Positions 8,575 to 17,624 of a DNA stretch of 52,851 bases are shown piece by piece. Both the position numbers and the translations under genes were made by a program. The stretch lies in IMG/VR virus record IMGVR_UViG_3300023115_000025, positions 1-52,851 of that record. One strand, 5' to 3'. Source of the stretch: a virus. Lineage: Duplodnaviria; Caudoviricetes. Positions within the stretch are counted from its first letter, which is position 1. Every line of letters starts with the position of its first letter. Below the pieces are notes generated by a model. It was not told the DNA's origin, ran no database searches, and saw only the letters and a program-made list of their open reading frames with translations.

Positions 8575-10287
8575 TTATGTTTCTTTGTATTTTTTCAACA
8601 ATTCTTTCCAATCCATACCACCATAAGACTTTGCAATTGTAACTGCATAAGACTTTATAGAGCTCTGATCGCCTTTACTTTTTACGATCTTATCCAAATC
8701 TTTAATTGCACTATTCCAATATTTTTCCTTGGGTGTTAGTAGTTTTTCAGAAACCTTCATATGTGGTGTATCTTTCATATAAGTATCTCTGAGTTTTTTA
8801 GACCCCCATTCACCAGCCCCCGCCTTTGAAACAAATGGTTGATTTTCAGCACCACTAATTGATTCTGTTTGCATTTGACTTAACTGACTCCAGCTTAGTT
8901 TTGCAGCTTCCTTATCTCCAATTTTCATTGCGACTTTTTTTCTTATTGCCATTTTTTGTTTTAGTGACAAATCCATTGGTTCAGTTTTCTTTTTAACAAC
9001 AGTTACTTTCTTTGGATTTGACCTTTTTTGCAACCAAAATTCATCTATCTCTTCCGTAGAATATCCCAATTTCTTTTTCAACATATTCATTGCAGTTGCC
9101 ATTTTTACTGACTTCCACTCATCACCATATCTTTTCTTAAAATCTGCATCGGGTAAATCCTGTGCAATTTTTTCTAACTCTTTTTCTCTGTCTGGATTCA
9201 TTTTAAAATCTTCGTATTTTAATTCTTTACTTGATGTAGAGAAGTTTTTCTTACGCATGATTGTTTTATGTACAACTTCAAACTCACCATTCTTATAGTT
9301 GATAACTACAGGCAGATTTAAGTTAGTTGACATGTCTTTGAGAACTGCTTCGATATCGGGGTTCGCTTTAATTTGAGAACCCTTCTTCTGTTGAACTTTT
9401 TTAAAAAACTTTTGAAGTTCTGCGACTTTAATTTCTGGATCATTTCTTTTATCATTCATTCTATCAGCAAAATGTCTTGTAAATGTAATATCAATATCAT
9501 ATTTTGCAAGCATTCTATCTGCAAATTTTTCCAAATCGTCTATTTGTTTTTGAGATACATCCTCTCCATACATTTTATGATTTAAATCAGTTTTTCTTTC
9601 CATTAAAAACTCAAACAAATCAGCATCATCGATATCTTCCAACAATTCAACCATAGGATCTGTGATAAATTCTTCGTAACTTGGCGACAAGAATATAGAT
9701 AGTTCTTCACTTATTCCCATCGCATCTTTGAGTGCATCGAATATTTTCTTTCCTGTTGTTTTTTCAAATTTTGGCGGCAATCCTTTTTTAAAACTTTCAT
9801 AATCATTTGCAGCGGCCGCAGCTCTCATTTTAGAGGCAGACATTCCGGTAACGCCTTCTGCATCTGGGTCTCTTTCACCGGCAGAATGTATTTCAATGCC
9901 ACCTTTAAAATCATAGAGCCCATGTTTGCCTTCAACACCATTATATTTGTTTAATAGCGTTTTAAATTCTGTAACTCTATCTCCACCTACTACCATTGCG
10001 CATTCTTTATATCCCATTTCATATAAAAGAGTTGCAACATTGATTGCAGTCTTTGCTTTATTATTTTGAATAATATTTTTTGCATAGTTTGGAAACATTT
10101 TTTTCATGAATCTAATTTTAGTTTTTATATCTAACGGATCTTTTTTAGGATTTTGAGAGTGACTTGGAAAGACCATAAAATCCGCATTCTCTTTTTTAGC
10201 GACTGCGGCAACTTTTTCGATTAATTTTTCGTGTCCTGTTGTTGGTGGGTTAAATCTACCAAACGTAAATACTATTTTATCCTTCAT
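8575..10287 (-). CDS. Cytidylyltransferase-like (HxGH-family) nucleotidyltransferase with several C-terminal modules
   Basis: FTFGRFNPPTTGHEKL, VVGGDR and GMSASKMR motifs of the CTP_transf_like/NMNAT fold. Confidence 0.85.
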   Translation of the reverse strand: MKDKIVFTFGRFNPPTTGHEKLIEKVAAVAKKENADFMVFPSHSQNPKKDPLDIKTKIRFMKKMFPNYAKNIIQNNKAKTAINVATLLYEMGYKECAMVVGGDRVTEFKTLLNKYNGVEGKHGLYDFKGGIEIHSAGERDPDAEGVTGMSASKMRAAAAANDYESFKKGLPPKFEKTTGKKIFDALKDAMGISEELSIFLSPSYEEFITDPMVELLEDIDDADLFEFLMERKTDLNHKMYGEDVSQKQIDDLEKFADRMLAKYDIDITFTRHFADRMNDKRNDPEIKVAELQKFFKKVQQKKGSQIKANPDIEAVLKDMSTNLNLPVVINYKNGEFEVVHKTIMRKKNFSTSSKELKYEDFKMNPDREKELEKIAQDLPDADFKKRYGDEWKSVKMATAMNMLKKKLGYSTEEIDEFWLQKRSNPKKVTVVKKKTEPMDLSLKQKMAIRKKVAMKIGDKEAAKLSWSQLSQMQTESISGAENQPFVSKAGAGEWGSKKLRDTYMKDTPHMKVSEKLLTPKEKYWNSAIKDLDKIVKSKGDQSSIKSYAVTIAKSYGGMDWKELLKKYKET

Positions 10288-10696
10288 TGGATCCTCTCGT
10301 TATTTCTAGAACCTTATCCATCTGGGCCCTAATAATAGGTTCTCTGTTCGGCCAAAAAATATACTCTTTATCTTTGTTCTTTAACAAATTGTGCAACAGT
10401 GGCATAATGAGTCTTTCCAGTTTTATAACTTTATCTTCGGTTTGTTCTTTAGAGATGTCAAAATCATTAACCTTATCCTCGTAAAGTTGTTTCGCACCGA
10501 TTAACTCTGACATAACATCTCTTTGCATTTCTATTAATTCAGACAACTTAGCGTCCAAAGATTTAATCTCGGCACTAGTGCCTTCTACAACTCTAGTAAC
10601 TTGTTCTGTATCGGCCCCACTTAGTCTGCCGAGTTCTTCTTCGTCTACGGCAGTGAATCCGAAATCTACATCTTCGTACTTATAATCGTTAGTCAT
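10277..10696 (-). CDS. Conserved hypothetical phage protein
   Basis: SD GAGGG before ATG 10696; DFGFTAVDEEEL and PLL.NL.KN.DKEYIFWPNR motifs. Confidence 0.75.
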   Translation of the reverse strand: MTNDYKYEDVDFGFTAVDEEELGRLSGADTEQVTRVVEGTSAEIKSLDAKLSELIEMQRDVMSELIGAKQLYEDKVNDFDISKEQTEDKVIKLERLIMPLLHNLLKNKDKEYIFWPNREPIIRAQMDKVLEITRGSNEG

Positions 10697-10748
10697 AGTT
10701 CCCTCTTTCTTTCCATTCCAAAATGCCACGTTATCATCCTTTCAATTA

Positions 10749-11081
10749 TCAATCCTCGACTTTACTACCGGCTCTCCATTGATAGCATGACCAATATCTA
10801 GCCTTCCATTTGGGGCCAGGATCGTCACAGTTATGTCTGGCACGGAATGAGGCTCTACGATCTGGGTCGTCTCGCTTAATTTCCATATTTGGATCGCCGA
10901 AACCAACTTTAACAATATTACCTTTATCATTTTTTACATAGACATAGAATTTTTTCTTGCCATCATTTGCTCTTTGTGGTTTGTTTAGAGTTACAGATTT
11001 GCCTTGATATTCTGCCTCTACCAATTCCAATTTTTCTCCACAACCGCAATCTTCGTTATAATAATCTCTAAACGTATACAT
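10749..11081 (-). CDS. DUF6321-like protein with a capsid-targeting-like N-terminus
   Basis: EAEYQGKSVTLNKP...KKFYVYVKN...V.FGDP...RRASFRARHNC...ARYWSC; begins MYTFRDYYNE. Confidence 0.7.
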   Translation of the reverse strand: MYTFRDYYNEDCGCGEKLELVEAEYQGKSVTLNKPQRANDGKKKFYVYVKNDKGNIVKVGFGDPNMEIKRDDPDRRASFRARHNCDDPGPKWKARYWSCYQWRAGSKVED

Positions 11082-11383
11082 CAATCTTCCTCTTCGTCTT
11101 CGGAATACATCATGTAATCGAATACAGTATTCATGTAGTCGTTACACTTTGTAACTTTTGATTGCAACCATGCATCATATTCCACTTCATCAAATTCTTC
11201 CAAATCTTCTCTAATCACTTCAATAACCTGTTCGGCTTTATCTGCGATAGATTTCAATTCAGTTAGCATCATGTTTGCTTCACTATCTTCTTTTATGAAT
11301 TTAACATCAGTAGAAATTTCTTCATTAGTTCTATTATGTAGATTTTCTACCATGTTTTTCCAAGTGTCAACGTAGTTTTTCAT
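11081..11383 (-). CDS. Hypothetical acidic helical protein
   Basis: Translationally coupled on both sides; AWLQSKVTK..DY...V.DY motif common in marine myophages. Confidence 0.7.
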   Translation of the reverse strand: MKNYVDTWKNMVENLHNRTNEEISTDVKFIKEDSEANMMLTELKSIADKAEQVIEVIREDLEEFDEVEYDAWLQSKVTKCNDYMNTVFDYMMYSEDEEED

Positions 11384-11736
11384 CTCTTACCTCCAAAGTA
11401 TTCTACTGCGTGTCCAGACTCAACCAACATCTTGTTCAAAGATATTTCATCATCAATCATTATTTCTCCAAGAATTCTTCCGTACTTACCAGTTTCGTTA
11501 TCCTTTTTCGTGCGGATGTAAATTTCTTTACCGACTGGTGCTTGACTTTTTGCAAATTCTTTTGCCGCAAGTCCAAGTTCCTTTTCCTTCAAATCTTTTG
11601 TTCTCGACTCTGGAGTATTGATACCGTATAAACGAACTCTTTGCCGGCGCATCCAAACGCCAAATCCAAGATCAATGTCAACATCAACGGTATCCCCGTC
11701 GACCCATCTTAGTACAGTTGCTCTATATTCATACAT
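11380..11736 (-). CDS. Thermonuclease (SNase-like) family nuclease
   Basis: VDGDTVDVDIDLGF, RVRLYGINTPESR, GKYGRILG. Confidence 0.9.
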   Translation of the reverse strand: MYEYRATVLRWVDGDTVDVDIDLGFGVWMRRQRVRLYGINTPESRTKDLKEKELGLAAKEFAKSQAPVGKEIYIRTKKDNETGKYGRILGEIMIDDEISLNKMLVESGHAVEYFGGKR

Positions 11737-11737
11737 A

Positions 11738-12994
11738 TCATTTATCCCAATTTTTTGCAGCAGTAAAGTTGTTGTAACTGAATTCCAATCTATCTACTAA
11801 TTTGACAGCCGTTTTTCCATCAGTATCGATTGCAACATACCCTTCTACATTAGTAACTTTATATCCATTATCTGTTCTTATAAACACTTTTGCTAATTGT
11901 TGAATTTTATTTAATTTATTTACAATGAGACTTTTTGCCTCTACAATATATCCCATAAACTCAATTACAGAATATACAGTTTTATTCATTGATAGTAACT
12001 CTTTTACTATTGAATCTCTTAATTCTTCTTTTTCAGCTCTTGCTTTTTCTGTTTTTAATTTTATAATTACCTTTTCATCAAAATATCTTTTCACATACAT
12101 CGCATAATCTAATTTTTTTACTTTATCTAAAGAAAATTTTTCTCCGTTTTTTATGAAACTATTTAGGTAAGTTTTAAATGACGCTCCAGAAAGACCACCT
12201 TTCATTACTTCAGTCTGCATCTTTTGAAACTTTGACAGTTCATCAGATTTAATTTTTCTAAAACTAGAACCAGCTTTAGATAATTCTTTGGTAACAAGAT
12301 CGGTTTCGGATTTTGTCATTTTTGCATTACCAGACACATCCTTATACGTTGCATCGTCCATCCAAACAGTTGATGGTTTTCTTAATCCACTAATGTTAAC
12401 TCCGAATGATGCACTCATCATTTGTAGATCACTACCAGTATATGTGGTGTGCCAAACAACACCAACTTTTGCGGAATTTATTTTCTTTCCTAAGTCTGTA
12501 TTAGTAGGTACTGCATAGACAAGTGTGTTTGGTTGGAATGTATAATAACTTTCACCATCAATAGTTTTAGTTGATACATCATCTGTAAACATCAAATCAC
12601 CTTGCAACACACCCTTAATTCCAAGTTTTTTAAATTCAGTAAACGCAATAGTAAATTTTGATTTTAAAGTATCACTTAGTTTTTGATCATCTGAAATTTC
12701 TTCAATACTTTTATAAAGCAATGGAGTTGCATTAAATACAGATTTTTTTGCAACAAAAAACTTACCATCACTAGGATCTTCTCCAGCAAAAATGGCAGGA
12801 GCTCCATCCCATTTTACAGTCATATTTACAGACTTAGTTGCACTACCAGCTAACATATTTCTTAGCGAACGCAAAAAGTTAATAGAGGCACGCCCACCAG
12901 AAATTCCATAGTTGACTATTTCATCTTCTATGTGTTCTAGATGAAGGTTTTTCCCACCTTTATCTTCTGTTAAATACGATCCAAAAGTCTGCAT
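11738..12994 (-). CDS. ATP-dependent ligase/RNA-ligase-superfamily protein (DUF6267-like) with a capsid-targeting-like N-terminus
   Basis: Motif I TVKWDG, motif III-like VLQGDLMF, motif IV EGYVA, motif V AVKLVDR; begins MQTFGSYLTE. Confidence 0.7.
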   Translation of the reverse strand: MQTFGSYLTEDKGGKNLHLEHIEDEIVNYGISGGRASINFLRSLRNMLAGSATKSVNMTVKWDGAPAIFAGEDPSDGKFFVAKKSVFNATPLLYKSIEEISDDQKLSDTLKSKFTIAFTEFKKLGIKGVLQGDLMFTDDVSTKTIDGESYYTFQPNTLVYAVPTNTDLGKKINSAKVGVVWHTTYTGSDLQMMSASFGVNISGLRKPSTVWMDDATYKDVSGNAKMTKSETDLVTKELSKAGSSFRKIKSDELSKFQKMQTEVMKGGLSGASFKTYLNSFIKNGEKFSLDKVKKLDYAMYVKRYFDEKVIIKLKTEKARAEKEELRDSIVKELLSMNKTVYSVIEFMGYIVEAKSLIVNKLNKIQQLAKVFIRTDNGYKVTNVEGYVAIDTDGKTAVKLVDRLEFSYNNFTAAKNWDK

Positions 12995-13005
12995 TACTTT
13001 ACCTT

Positions 13006-13299
13006 TTACTTCATTAGTCCTTTAATCATTTTTAGTGCCTTTTCTGCGTCTGGATGTTTTGGATTAATACTTACTTCATCTCCATTCACAAAATCTGAAA
13101 TATTTGCAGATTTACCTAACGCTTTAATTGCTTTATGAAGTGGATCTTTTGGATCAAACCTTGTTTCAAATCCAGGCTTGCCTCTTAATTCTACCCACTT
13201 GTTATCGCCTTTATTCCACATTTTTAAAACATCCATGTTTTTACCACGAATTAATTTAAACTTTATTCCTTCTTTTATAAACTGACTAAAGCTTTTCAT
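13006..13299 (-). CDS. Small putative internal head protein
   Basis: Begins MKSFSQFIKE, close to the T4 internal-protein signal MKTYQEFIAE. Confidence 0.7.
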   Translation of the reverse strand: MKSFSQFIKEGIKFKLIRGKNMDVLKMWNKGDNKWVELRGKPGFETRFDPKDPLHKAIKALGKSANISDFVNGDEVSINPKHPDAEKALKMIKGLMK

Positions 13300-14592
13300 T
13301 TACTCTACCTTTGCATATACGCCACTAAGAGATGATTGTGAAGAGGCATAAGAAATAATTTCTGTCGTTACATCATTTGGATTTTTATAAGAGTTTATAA
13401 CACTACAAATTTCCGCACCCAAATATTTACTGTAAAACCATTGTACTCCAGAATCTACTGTTTTTTTACTTACTTCAGAAACAAATTTTTCATAATCCAT
13501 ACGCTCGTTCGTCAATTCATTAAAGTATTTATATAGTTTTTCTAAGTGTTTTTTGTCCACTTTTACTGTGTTTGGTGTCGTGCAGGTTTCCCCTGTAACT
13601 CTTTTCAATATATTTTGTAAAACTCCGCCACCAACTTTACCTTGGTTTGCAAATTGTCCTTTTATTTCGCCCTGCCATGATGATGGAACGGGACCAAAAG
13701 TTCTCATTTGTATTTTACCACCTTCATATTCAATGTACCAATCTTTGGAGCTAAAAAATGTTTTTCCAAATGTATATCCTTTATATGCATAAGTCTTTTT
13801 AACGGCCCCTGTTAAATTTTTAACGGAATACCTACCAGTTGCACCCACAACTTTTTTTAGTGACACACCCATTATTCTTTTTTCATTAAACATTTTTTCA
13901 ATATAATCATTCAACTGAACATAATTTTTAAATTGTGTCCAATCTGGAGACAATCCATTTTCAACAATCCATATGTCGGCAGGACTCCATTTATTGATGT
14001 TTGAGAATACATTTTCTTTTTTATTGATAACTTTCCATTGCGTTTCTAATGCTGTTACCCACGAACTTCCTCTATGATATGTGTAGTTTTTTGTTGGGTT
14101 TATTTTACCTTTAAGTAACTTTGCTCCAGTAATAGAAGATTTAACCCAATCTTCTGACAATTCTTTTCTGATTTCTTCCAGTTTTACATCACACGCACAA
14201 TTAGAAAATCCATCTGACAAATCTTGTGCGGTAAAATCTGTTGATTTATAATCCCTATGTGCTGCAAGGTAGAGGCATTGAGCAGACTCACCAATTGCAG
14301 TTGCTCTTGCGCCAGCTCCCGATCCACCACCTAATGGTTTTACAACCACTCTATATAATTCGTCAAAGTAACTAAACTCTATAACTGGTATAGAGCTCGA
14401 TTCACTTTGAATCATTTTTTCTTCGAAACTGATACTTTGAGATTTTAAAGACTTTATTATTTGGTCGTATGTAGAAGTTCTTTTATTAGAAGGGACTCTA
14501 AGATGATACTTTTTTATTGTCTTAGTACTCTTGTCTAAGACAGAATTGTGATTTTGAATTTTGGACAGTTTAAGTACCAATTCTTTAGACAT
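13300..14592 (-). CDS. Putative PD-(D/E)XK-type endonuclease
   Basis: ES.QC, NKWSPADIWIV and GVSLKK motifs; basic protein. Confidence 0.55.
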   Translation of the reverse strand: MSKELVLKLSKIQNHNSVLDKSTKTIKKYHLRVPSNKRTSTYDQIIKSLKSQSISFEEKMIQSESSSIPVIEFSYFDELYRVVVKPLGGGSGAGARATAIGESAQCLYLAAHRDYKSTDFTAQDLSDGFSNCACDVKLEEIRKELSEDWVKSSITGAKLLKGKINPTKNYTYHRGSSWVTALETQWKVINKKENVFSNINKWSPADIWIVENGLSPDWTQFKNYVQLNDYIEKMFNEKRIMGVSLKKVVGATGRYSVKNLTGAVKKTYAYKGYTFGKTFFSSKDWYIEYEGGKIQMRTFGPVPSSWQGEIKGQFANQGKVGGGVLQNILKRVTGETCTTPNTVKVDKKHLEKLYKYFNELTNERMDYEKFVSEVSKKTVDSGVQWFYSKYLGAEICSVINSYKNPNDVTTEIISYASSQSSLSGVYAKVE

Positions 14593-14617
14593 AGTTTTTT
14601 CCTGTAGATAGTTACAC

Positions 14618-14625
14618 TATTTATT
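14618..14625 (-). promoter_or_regulatory. Late promoter variant AATAAATA
   Basis: 7/8 match in the gap between gp41 and the 430-aa gene; the same variant occurs at 615-622 and 5116-5123 before genes. Confidence 0.6.
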
Positions 14626-14643
14626 ATTTTAGGAAAAACAACA

Positions 14644-16017
14644 CTAGAATTCAATTTCAAAACTTCCTACATCAAGTTTTTTACTTTTCTTTCCAATATT
14701 TGTTGTAGGAGTAGAATCAGTTAGTTCATCCTGAGCACCTTCTTCTGCATCATAGAGTCTCATTTTTGGTCTGTCAATTCCTACAACAAATCTTTTGTGA
14801 TTATTTGGATCGTTATATCGATTTTTCAACTGTTTTACCAGTATCTGATCTAGTTCTTCCAATTCTTCTGTGGATATTAGCGCAAACATAAAGTCTGCTG
14901 TTGCAGGCAAACCAAAGGATTCTGATGTATCTTCCAATCCAACATCAGTGTTTGTATAACCACTGCGAGTTGTCTGTGTCGCAGAAACAATAGGTACGTT
15001 ATTTTCTACTGCAAGCCCACGCAGTTCTTCTGCGATAGATTTGATGTAAGAATACGAATTAACATTTGCACCATGTTTAATTCTAGAGGACGAACAAATA
15101 TTTAGGTAATCAATATAAATTATATCTGGAATAAAGTTTCTCTTTAGCATAAGCTCTTGTAACAGATGTCTAAAGTGATTGGCGTTTGCAGATGCAGTTG
15201 GATATTCTTTTACGATTAGTTTGCCAGTTGTTTTCTTCTGTATCTTTTGAATTTTTCTAACAAACAAATCTTTAGGCATTTCGGAAACTTGTTGAATGTT
15301 AGTGTTTAAAAGATTTGCATCAATCCTTTCTGCAATCTTTTCTTCAGCCATTTCCAAAGTAATATATAATACATTTTTACCCATCATCAAATGAGATGCG
15401 GCCACATCACACATAAACAGAGACTTACCCACACCAGTACCAGCGAGGGCAATATTTAGTGTTTTGTTTGGTAGTCCACCCTTTGTAATTTGATTAAATT
15501 TTTCCAAATGAAAAGGAATGCGTTCCTCTTTTTTCTGATAAAAATCAAATCGTTCTTCATAGTCGTCAATAAAGTCATGTCCAATATGATTATCAAAAGA
15601 AACTGCAAGTGCATCCTGTAAAAGTTTTGGTAATGCACCTTTATCTTTTTGTGTTTTTCCATCAATAATCTGAATAGACTCCAAGACGGCATTATAGATA
15701 GCTTTATCTTTACACCACTTTTCTGTGTGGTCAATTAACCAATCTTGATTGATATCTTCAACACTATCCAATACATTTATAGTGTCTCCAACCTCTTTAA
15801 ATATCATATCCGATACTTGCAACTCATCCAACATAAGTTGCAAAGCTATCGGAGCAGGAGCGTCATTATACTTGTCTATGTGATCCCGTATCAGATCAAA
15901 CAAAATTTTATCTTTTTCTTCTGTAAAATATGCCCTATCTATAAAGGGAATAGTTTTTCTACAGTATTCATCATTATTAACAAGATTTTGTAATATAGTT
16001 AATTCATTAAGATCCAT
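14644..16017 (-). CDS. gp41: Replicative DNA helicase gp41
   Basis: Walker A AGTGVGKS, YITLEMAEE, IYIDYLNIC, SESFGLPATAD, KQLKNRY. Confidence 0.97.
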   Translation of the reverse strand: MDLNELTILQNLVNNDEYCRKTIPFIDRAYFTEEKDKILFDLIRDHIDKYNDAPAPIALQLMLDELQVSDMIFKEVGDTINVLDSVEDINQDWLIDHTEKWCKDKAIYNAVLESIQIIDGKTQKDKGALPKLLQDALAVSFDNHIGHDFIDDYEERFDFYQKKEERIPFHLEKFNQITKGGLPNKTLNIALAGTGVGKSLFMCDVAASHLMMGKNVLYITLEMAEEKIAERIDANLLNTNIQQVSEMPKDLFVRKIQKIQKKTTGKLIVKEYPTASANANHFRHLLQELMLKRNFIPDIIYIDYLNICSSSRIKHGANVNSYSYIKSIAEELRGLAVENNVPIVSATQTTRSGYTNTDVGLEDTSESFGLPATADFMFALISTEELEELDQILVKQLKNRYNDPNNHKRFVVGIDRPKMRLYDAEEGAQDELTDSTPTTNIGKKSKKLDVGSFEIEF

Positions 16018-16318
16018 TTTGCGCCTGTAAATTTGTTATTGCATCGTTAACAGATACTTCTAACATATATTTCAAGATTTGTCCAGCTAGCTCTTCCAAA
16101 TCTTTATTTCCATATAAATCTAAAACTTCATATGTGTCGTTTCCAAGTAAAGGTTCAAAATCAAAAGACATTGTTGCGCCTTCACCCTGTTCTGAAATAT
16201 CAACTTTTCCAAATTTATACATCACACCAGAAAATGGACCATCATCTATTCTTACTGCAAAACCATCTTCTTCATTTTCGGTTTGCATCATTGTGAAACT
16301 TTCTTCTGTAATAATCAT
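16007..16318 (-). CDS. gp40-like head vertex assembly chaperone
   Basis: Position between uvsX and gp41 as in T4; small acidic protein with I.DGPF.GV.Y.FGKV. Confidence 0.55.
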   Translation of the reverse strand: MIITEESFTMMQTENEEDGFAVRIDDGPFSGVMYKFGKVDISEQGEGATMSFDFEPLLGNDTYEVLDLYGNKDLEELAGQILKYMLEVSVNDAITNLQAQNGS

Positions 16319-16599
16319 TTTAAACTTTCCCTTATATTTCGAGCTTCTCTTTCTAGTGCATCTGCGAGTTTCAAAAGTTCCTCTTTATCATCTGGAACAT
16401 CATCTTCTGGCGCTACATCTTCGGTGCCATAAACTTCTGTCCATTTATCTTTAGGACATCTAATATTTGCAATCTTAGATTTTGCGGGCATGAAACATCC
16501 ACATTCTCTACAAGTGTATATTCTTTGCATGTATTCTGGACAGGCCTTGCAAATATCCATTCTTTGTTTGTAAATATGTTTTGATGCAAACATTGCCAT
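16315..16599 (-). CDS. Small Cys-rich protein (DUF6171-like)
   Basis: RMDICKACP...CRECGCFM.AK......CP..KW. Confidence 0.7.
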   Translation of the reverse strand: MAMFASKHIYKQRMDICKACPEYMQRIYTCRECGCFMPAKSKIANIRCPKDKWTEVYGTEDVAPEDDVPDDKEELLKLADALEREARNIRESLK

Positions 16600-17615
16600 C
16601 ACGAACCAACCCTATATTTCTTTCTAAGAAAACTATTAAAATTTTGATCTTGCAAATAAGGTTTCCAAAATTCCATATTATGAGTTTCCTTTTCACGAAA
16701 CTTTTTATCGTTTATTTCACCAGTTTCCATATCTACAGTTTGATACCAACCCCCACCTTTTGTGATTGCACCATATTCCACCGCCATATCCAATAATCCA
16801 GAAGTTCTATCCACACCATTTTCCCAAGATACTGAAATTGGAATTTTAGACTTTTCTTTTACAAATCTAGACTTCTCTACATTAATCACAAAGTGATATC
16901 CTTGAACTTCTGCACCAACTTTATCTTGTTGTCTACCAACAATCCAGATAGTATCAGCACTATAATACATTCCAGTACCACCAGAAACAACCTTAGTAGG
17001 ATATAGTCCCTGCGAATCATATGTATGATTAATTGCGACCATTGGAATATCTTTCATTGTTAGATGCGGAGTTACCATTCTAAACAAAGACTTGAATTGT
17101 TTTGCTCTTGTCATATCGGCGGCAGACTTTTGATTCTCTGCATCCTCTACTTCTTTTTTGGATGCAAGGTTTCCCACAGAATCGACCATGATAAAAAGTT
17201 TGTCTTCTGTTTCGATTTCTTTTAATTGCGAAACTATATCAAATTTTAATTCTTCCAAATCAGTAACTGGAATATGAACCACTCTTGTAGTATCAATTTC
17301 AAATACATCAAAATAGTTCTGTGGAGTTCCAAACTCACTATCATAAAAAAGAGCAACCGCATCTGGATATTTGTCTAGATAAGATTTCATCATAATCAAA
17401 CCGAATGCCGTTTTAAAGTGTTTACTGGGGCCTGCAATCATAGTCAACCCAGATGTGTACCCTTTATCTAAAGAACCAGAAAATGCAACATTCATTGCCG
17501 GAATACTTGTCGGCACATTATCTTTCTCATGTAAGAATGGCGATTCTGATAAAGTATTAACTCTACCATCTTTGAAAGAAGTATTCTTTCTTAACTTATT
17601 CATTAAACTACTCAT
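16599..17615 (-). CDS. uvsX: RecA-like recombinase UvsX
   Basis: AGPSKHFKT, FYDSEFG, DSVGNLASKKE, ADMTRAK, SGGTG.YYSAD. Confidence 0.97.
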   Translation of the reverse strand: MSSLMNKLRKNTSFKDGRVNTLSESPFLHEKDNVPTSIPAMNVAFSGSLDKGYTSGLTMIAGPSKHFKTAFGLIMMKSYLDKYPDAVALFYDSEFGTPQNYFDVFEIDTTRVVHIPVTDLEELKFDIVSQLKEIETEDKLFIMVDSVGNLASKKEVEDAENQKSAADMTRAKQFKSLFRMVTPHLTMKDIPMVAINHTYDSQGLYPTKVVSGGTGMYYSADTIWIVGRQQDKVGAEVQGYHFVINVEKSRFVKEKSKIPISVSWENGVDRTSGLLDMAVEYGAITKGGGWYQTVDMETGEINDKKFREKETHNMEFWKPYLQDQNFNSFLRKKYRVGS

Positions 17616-17624
17616 GATTTTCTC

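Noticed and set aside
8575-10287. Assignment as the Nmnat of a phage NAD reconstitution pathway (NARP2)
   Set aside because: No nicotinamide phosphoribosyltransferase partner is in the window, and the fold alone does not fix the substrate.
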